Below are positions 55,626 to 64,000 of a stretch of DNA of 64,000 nt, in pieces (within the stretch, counting starts at the first letter, position 1; each line of letters begins with the position of its first letter). This stretch comes from Chrysomallon squamiferum. Taxonomy: Eukaryota > Animalia > Mollusca. A program made the translations under genes and the position numbers. The DNA lies in the NCBI GenBank assembly GCA_012295275.1, contig CM022678.1, positions 6,200,001 through 6,264,000 of the forward strand, written 5' to 3'. The notes beneath the pieces were generated by a model. That model made no database searches. It was not told the origin of the DNA and saw nothing but the letters and a program-made list of their open reading frames with translations.

Positions 55626-55972
55626 AAGGTTGATTAAAAAGTACTGTCAGACAAAATAAAACTGGGTTGAAACTGTTATTAAAGAAATGCTTTGCTTATG
55701 TCATAATTAATTAATATATATGTGAGAATGTAGAAGAATACTGTTGTTATATAAGAGAACATTAATTCTTGGATGAGACTGGGCTGCCTGCTTGTCAGAC
55801 TCAATTATAATAAAAGAAATGAAAATGTAAGGAGAAAGAAGTAAAATGAGGAAGAAAATAAAATAGAATGAAATATGGGGGATACTGTTTATTATTTAGA
55901 ATTTATAAACCATCGAAGTAAAAACAAACACAAAAAAGAATGAGAGAGATAGAGAGAGAGAAAGAAAGAGAA

Positions 55973-56088
<116 letters not shown>

Positions 56089-56534
56089 AAAAAAGAAAAG
56101 AATGAACAGGCATATTTAGAAATGGAAAGAGAAAAACAAAAAAGAGAAATGTAAAAGAAACTTAAAATCGGTAAAGAAAAAGACTATCTTCTTACCACTC
56201 ATTTATCCTAAGTGACATTCAGATCCTGAATTGTATATGTGCGTGTGTATCTCTCTTTTACTCTTTAATAACCTCAGCAGATTACTGACACAAAGATGTA
56301 TCCAGATTTATTTTTGCCCCCAAGCCACTGAAAATAAATAAACAATAAATTGAGTGTTATCAGAGAGCTGCAAATCAAAGACAAGACACAGATTTTTTTT
56401 CAGTCTGGTTTAATACGCTAAGCTGTTTGTATTCTGCATCAAGTGTTTGCAAATACAAATTTACTTATCAGACTAGTGCTTATAAGCATGTATCTCATGA
56501 TAAATGTATACACAGGCAAATACCTACACAGACA

Positions 56535-56573
<39 letters not shown>

Positions 56574-56681
56574 CAAATTTACAATGCTCATCAGAGTGCT
56601 TATAAGCATGTACATCATATATATATATACACATGCAAACACACAAACACACATACAGACACATACAGAACACACATACAG

Positions 56682-56720
<39 letters not shown>

Positions 56721-58249
56721 CAAATTTACAATGCTCATCAGAGTGCTTATAAGCATGTAACATCATATATATATATATACATGCAAACACACAAACACAC
56801 ATACACACACAAACACACAAACACACACACACACACACACACAGAACACACATACAGAACACACACACACATACACACAAACACACTCACACAAACACAC
56901 TCACACACACACACACACACACATACACACATACACACACACACAAATATTTAGTTTTGATTGTCTAAGCAATCCCTTTTTTTGTGGGCTTTTTCTCAGT
57001 CAATTATGAAGATGGAAATGCTCACACACATACACACACACATACAGTCAGAAATGTTTTCTCTTCTTTTTTTTCTTTACTGTCTAATTATGACCACAAA
57101 TCCACACATTCATCTCATTGTCTATAAGCACAATTCTCTCTTGTTTCTTTTCTTTTCTTTCTTTCCTATCATTTCTGAAATGTTAAATTTTTTATTTATC
57201 AACACACTTTTTATAGCCACTTCTTGAACATCTGAAAGAACGCAAGTCATTACACTATCATTACACTTCATTTTCCAGTACTCTTCATTTTAAACTGTCG
57301 ACAAAGCCACCCACCACATTCTGTTTCATCTCCGTTTTCACAACATTTTAAAACTCTTGTTCTTCCTATTACCTTCCAACATAAACACTTACAGTTTACC
57401 TATTTAGAAGTAATTACCCTATGATTTTTTAGATATTTCTCTAGATAATGCTCTTTCATCTGCAGTAAAAACTTTAACCAGGAAATCGGTATCCAGTGTA
57501 TCCCATGGCAATATAAACACCATCTCCTTTTATTGTTAAAACGTTCATGTTTTTTCTTTATTAAACTTCTTATCGACAGATATCTCCCCTCTTACAGAAT
57601 ATTTTCTTTCATCTAAAAGTTTGCACAGTGCTCTAACATTTCAAACCACACCCTTACTCTTCAGATCTGTAAAATGATCATCACCCAGGAAAATGAAAAA
57701 TATTAATAACAAAAATAAAGAAATAAAAAAAAATAGCCTTTATGGGTGGTATGGCAACAGTGAATAAAACTAAATGTGAATTATCACTGGTATAATTTAA
57801 ACCTTTCAGAGTTTGGTTATATAATAATGATGTGTGGTAAACTATACATTTGCTTTTGTGTAACTTAAACTAGTACTTTTCCACTATAATATTTATTACA
57901 AAATTATCCTAACTGTATTCGTATATTATTTAATCTATCCCATTTTGGATAACAAATTACAATTTGTAAGCATACTCTATAATTCGAGTTTTACAAAATT
58001 AAAAGTAAAATAGTTTTCATTATATCCATCAGAAGATTCGTCATAGAACATTCACATACGTATCATTTAAATGTATGTTTGGTTTAATATGAATATGATT
58101 TGTAATCACACACAGGCATAGAACTGTCACCCCAGGACAGCTGTTGGTTTTTCTTACAATATAATTCATTCGTCAAGACCCTAGAAGCTTCATTTAGTCA
58201 AAATTCTAACAAATTTTCAACAGGAACATTTTAAAAGTTCATGCTCAAT

Positions 58250-59790
58250 GTGTAAGAAAAATCATTATGTCAGACGCCAGTCAGCAATAAAATCAAACTG
58301 CAAGTGAAAAATTGCAACCAGTTTGCGATTCAACAACAAAGACTTGATCACTGATCACATCTGAGTCTTTCAACATTAAACTGCCTTGTGAAGTTTGTCA
58401 ATGAATCGTCATCAAATTCTCCAGAAAGATTTAACTTTACAGCTTGTAAAACAAGGAATGTGCTTTTCTCTCATTTAAACATTCTTGCAATTACAAAGTG
58501 AATCTTCTTCAAACCTGCTTTTAGATAAGAGCCAGCAGCAGCATTTCCTCACAGTACTTCATTCCAGAAGACTCATGGTAATTAGATTTCTAACAGTCAT
58601 ATTCCTGCCAAGAACTTACCTAAATTAGAGTTTTTAAATGCGAGACAAATCAAGGAATCAGATAGCATTCAGCCAAAAAAATGTCAAAAACTGGAAATGA
58701 ACCGTAAAACATTTTGCTATTTAACAACAAAGATTTAAACGCATTTAAGATACGACGCCTTCAACACTGAATTGTGTTTTTATTGAGTAAGCGAGAGAAT
58801 GAATTCTCGGATTCTCAGCTATGTTTGAATCTACAGCAGGAGAAAATACTGACACTGCTTTCTCTTGTTAGTTCAACTATCTTGCTGTTACAAAGTTAAT
58901 TTTCTTCAAACCAGCTCTCAGATCATATCAAGTGTTTGTTCTCTAACTTCACTGCACCTGTAGAAGATTAATGTAGTCAGGTTTGTATCAACAATCTCTG
59001 CATCAATGACAATTAAATTTTATCCTTAGAGTGTCTGAAAAATCCTGCATCAGACCACCATTACAATTGAACTATAAATATTTTATCAAGGAAAAAAAAA
59101 GATTTGATTTTGTTTGTGTCTGAGTTTTTCGAAACTAAATCATTTTGTCTACAAAGTCTTCCAGTCTGTAATTCATTTTAAAGAAAAATCAAGGAATCAG
59201 ACATCATTCAGCAATGAAAAAATTAAACTGCAATTTAAATAATAAACACATTTTGCCACTCAACAATGAAGATTAAATTTTATTACCCTCCCAGTCTTTC
59301 AACACCAAATTATTTCTTCTTCCAATTCGAAATTCACGCTTAAGGTGAAAGAAAGGAAAAATCAAGCAATCAGACGTCAATTGGCAATAAAACAAACTGC
59401 AACTGAACTGTAACCATTCTTTTTCTCCCATCCTGAGTCTTTCCAACACTAAACTGTTTTTGTTAAAGTCTCTCCGAATGACTCCCCATTCAGATTCTAT
59501 CTGCAGCTTTTAAATCTCTTTCTCTGTTGCTTAGAATCTCTCAAAATTCCCTTGAAACAAACCATGCCAGCTGTTTTGTTTTGTGACCATAACAATCCCC
59601 CCCTTTTATTCCGGGCATATCTGAACAAAATCTTGACATTAAATTTTTTTTTTTTCAACATCCATCCTAAAGTTCAATTATAAGAATTATCAGGAAGACA
59701 AACACCATTCAGTAATAAAACATGACTGTGGCCTAGCAATAAAGATTTGGTATCTTTGTTTAAGGTGCGGAGTCTTTTAATGCCAAATTG
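58250..59790. repeat. Ancient degenerate repeat, about 6 spaced copies of a 110-140-bp module
   Basis: AAATCAAGGAATCAGAC..CATTCAGCAATAAAA..AACTGCAA...CAACAA.AAAGATT...GAGTCTTTCAACAC.AAA near 58257, 58647, 59040, 59186, 59358 and 59686. Confidence 0.65.
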
Positions 59791-59865
59791 ACAAGGTGAG
59801 TTTATGAATGAATCCGTTTACTTTGTCTAGTAAAGGTGAAACCTGATGCACATCAATTACTGCTA

Positions 59866-59947
<82 letters not shown>

Positions 59948-61038
59948 TGTTTAGACTGAACATTTGGAACAATGGTCATGAAATTATATGTTTATATTAG
60001 CCTGGGAAAAGTGGTGTAAAAGTGGAAAAAGAGATACACACACAAGGGAGGCAGACAGAGACAGAGACAGAGACATTCAGACATTCAGAGACAGAGACTC
60101 AGACATTCAGAGACAGAGACAGAGACATTCAGACATTCAGAGAGAGAGACAGACAGAGAGCGAGAGAAAGAGAGAGATAAGAAACAAAGAGATACACAAG
60201 AACAAGAACAAGAAAATAAAGAACATAAAATACAGATTATCTTTCTTTAACGAACTAATAATCAGTTAATTACCCAAAAAAAAATTTTTATAAATCTTTT
60301 TTCTTCTTCTTTATTGTTACATTTTAAACTTTACTTTTTATTTTATTTTATTTTTTTTAATTTTTGTGGAAAAACTCACAGACATTAGCAATACTTGCTG
60401 ACCCACCGATTATAATCTGTCAAAACGATAGAATCGACACAGCAGTATTTCCACCACTGTTTCGCACTTGTTTCAATGCATTCACATTTCATTAGCTCTC
60501 AATGCCAGATCACCTGTTGTTTTCATAGCAGAAATTTATTGCGAAATCTTATGAAGAAAACACACGTTTGAGAAATTATAGACTCTGAAGAAGGAAAAAT
60601 ATGTGTGTGCATGCGTGAGTGCGTGTGTATGTGTGTGTGTGAGTGCTCGCACATTTCTTCAATATCACAAACACAGTTATGTAACAGATACACACATACA
60701 TATTCATATTTAAGTTGCAGTAAGCACATTTTGATTTCAAAATTTTCTTTTTCTTCTTTGCTTCTCTTAAGTTAGCTTTCTCTTTCTCACTATCTCACTG
60801 TCTCACTTTGTCTCTCTTTCTGGCTCACTTTGTCCCATTCTGTCTCAGCTCTTACACCTGTCTTTCCTTGCTCCTATACATACTTGACAAGTTCATCTGT
60901 TTCTACACACCTGTAGGTTTTTTTTATTTTTTTTGCTTTCTTCATCTCTTCATATATTTGTCTTCCTTTCAACATTTACAAAATCATTTTTCTTCTTTTT
61001 TTCACACACAGTCGGGCTAACTCTTATACAGGTAGGCA

Positions 61039-61076
<38 letters not shown>

Positions 61077-61079
<3 letters not shown>

Positions 61080-61300
61080 CAATATCTACTCATTGACACA
61101 TATGCACACACACACATCAATATCTACTCATTGACACATATGCACACACACACATCAATATCTACTCATTGACACATATGCACACACACACATCAATATC
61201 TACTCATTGACACATATGCACACACACACATCAATATCTACTCATTGACACATATGCACACACACACACACACTCACACTGATACACACACATCCATTCA

Positions 61301-61346
<46 letters not shown>

Positions 61347-61370
61347 GATACACACACATCCATTCACTCA
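61077..61370. repeat. 38-bp tandem repeat (5 units) followed by a (CA)n-bounded duplication
   Basis: CATCAATATCTACTCATTGACACATATGCACACACACA x5; TCACACTGATACACACACATCCATTCACTCA x2. Confidence 0.93.
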
Positions 61371-61371
61371 T

Positions 61372-61411
<40 letters not shown>

Positions 61412-61598
61412 ACACACACACACATCACCACCATCCCACCCAAACATTCACAACAACAAACACAAACATACATTTCAACAGATTGCAAATCACAACCGTC
61501 TGTTTTTTTCTTTTTTTCTTTTTTTTTTTTTCTCTCTCTCTTTTTAATCTTGGTTTCCATAACAACAACTGAAACTCCCATTTATCCTGGACAGAGGC

Positions 61599-61643
<45 letters not shown>

Positions 61644-61843
61644 CGGCTTATCAAGACAGTGAAAGATCTCTATATGGAAAAAAAACAGCTGATTTCTGTT
61701 CTCTCTGAATTTCTCTGCACTTCACCTATTAAGATAAAGGATTGGATATCAAAAGACTATCTCTGCCTGTCCAGACATAGCTGACAGCTGCAGAATAAAT
61801 GTTTCTGGCTTAAGGTTATACAACACTATTAAATTTAAAAATT

Positions 61844-61906
<63 letters not shown>

Positions 61907-61961
61907 AATTTTTTTTTTTTGTTTTCTTTCTTTATTTTCTTTCATTTTCTTTCTTTCTTTT

Positions 61962-62017
<56 letters not shown>

Positions 62018-62529
62018 TATTTCTCACACACACACACACACAAGGTAAAGTGATTATTCATCCAGGTGTTCACAGGTGTTTTTCTGTAAATTTTGTATCA
62101 GTTTGTTTGATGTAAAGTTTGCCAACTGTTTGCTTCATTACAGAGACTTACAGGTTTGAAAGGAAAAGAAAGATTGTGAGAGATAAAGAAGAAAGAAAGA
62201 AAGAAAGAAAGACTGATAGGGAGATTAAGACTGAAAGAAAATAATGTTCACAATGAATGTAAGAAACAAAAGGAAGAAGAAGAAAATAATAAAAACTAAC
62301 CTTTTAATGTTCAATACATGCGTCACATATAAATCTGAATTTAATAAGTTTGGTAAAATGACGTTAATGTGTAACTATATTAAAAATCAAAATTTAAAAA
62401 TAATGGGTACAAACTCTTACATAATTATATAACAGAAGACAACCTCTTGAATTCAGCAACAACTTTAAAATACACATTCTTTACTGTAACAGAGCACCAA
62501 AATATAATACAGAAAAAAATTTAATAAAA

Positions 62530-62567
<38 letters not shown>

Positions 62568-63033
62568 CAAACAACAAACATACTGATTATGAAAGCTAGT
62601 CAACACAACAATAAAACAGATACGTGGACTGTTAAAAGGAACCAATGCACATTCCACAGAAACAGTGATGTGAATTATAAAAAGTGGAAAATCCAGGCAA
62701 AATTTAACAGTAGTAAAATGGATCTTAAAGAAAGAAAAATCAAGGCACATGAAACAGTTATTACACCTATGTACCTATACGTTAGAGAAACTGAAATTTT
62801 ATTTTATGAAACTTGGCTAGTTTTGGACACACCACATTATTACCAAGATCGGATTAGGAACAACTGGGGCAGTGAAAAAAAAAAAAAAAAAAACGCTCAT
62901 CCAAAGTAGAGATGCAGATCAGAAAAAGCAAGTGATCCAAAGGAAAACAGACAGAGATTAGGGAAAAAGCAGACTGCTGAAGCTAGCAGGGGTAGAGAGA
63001 GAGAAGCCTGTGAAACACAAGTGAGTGGCACTC

Positions 63034-63064
<31 letters not shown>

Positions 63065-64000
63065 ACACACACACTGCCAATCTGGCCAGACACATTTCTA
63101 TCAAAGAGCTGCTTTATTTCCCTGGATACTGCAAGGGAGAGGCTTTTCCAGCACACACACAGACACACACACACACACAGAGAGAGTCAATAACAGACAA
63201 CAGGACTGTTTAAATAAAACACCGAGTGTCGGAGTAAATGACATTTCCTCAAAATTTTATCTCCCAATCAAGTAGCTGCTAAAACTGTCTATTACTTGTT
63301 TTGTGTGTGTGGGGGAAAAAGAAGTAATTGTCTGTTTGTGAACACTTGTTTCTGGTGGCAGTTCATAAAACTAAATAACACGAATAGAGGTTCATTAAAA
63401 CTAAAATAACACGAAATTCGTATGCCCTCTGTTTTTATGTGATACAGATATTCCCGTTATTAAATCTTGTGAAAATCAGATACGACAGTTTTGGTTTGAT
63501 GAGTCTACCAGTTTTAGTAAAATGAGTCGACTTACTTTTCTTTCACGTCTGTTCATGTGTTACACTTATTCTTTTATTTCATGAAAATCTGATAAAAAAA
63601 AAAAATATATATAAATGGTTTAAACAATTTTCTGAGTAACAGTTTTAAATTATAAAAACCTGGTTGGTTTTAAATTAAAATTTTCATTCCTAACATAAAT
63701 CAAAAAAAAAAATCAGTCTTAAAAACTGTCTTAAATTAAAATCTTTGCAAATCAAAACTGTCTTAAAGTCTGCCATCTTTGCACACATGTCACAATTATT
63801 CCGTTCAAAACATTTTGAAAAAAAAAAATGAGATAAAAGATGATTTGGTTGAAAGATTTGCGATTTCGAGACAAACAAAACTGAACTTATACTCGTTCAT
63901 AAAACTAGAGAAAAGTCTTATCAAGAGAAAAATTAGATTAGAATATTTCAAACGAGTATAAATTTCTTTAATCATTAAAAACAAAAAACTACAACTTTAT

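Overview
Eukaryotic, AT-rich, microsatellite-dense animal DNA (invertebrate, possibly mollusc; this is an impression, not a database result). The only protein-coding gene I can support is a spliced minus-strand organic anion transporting polypeptide (SLCO/OATP, OATP4/Oatp26F-like). It has 10 coding exons between 30276 and 706, about 600 aa, all GT-AG, and runs off the left edge of the window. It has a 20.3-kb first coding intron and a possible non-coding first exon/promoter near 37245-37410. Every junction keeps phase except the first, which carries a +1 frameshift; a nearby duplicate of the same donor lacks the extra base. The rest is simple repeats, minisatellites, two small TIR elements (MITEs), two long inverted repeat pairs and many short local duplications. 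Almost all ORFs in the supplied track are repeat artefacts. I found no clearly new biological system. The best leads are tandem arrays seeded on splice sites, extreme exon-to-exon GC3 mosaicism, and a near-identical inverted pair bracketing the gene's 5' end.
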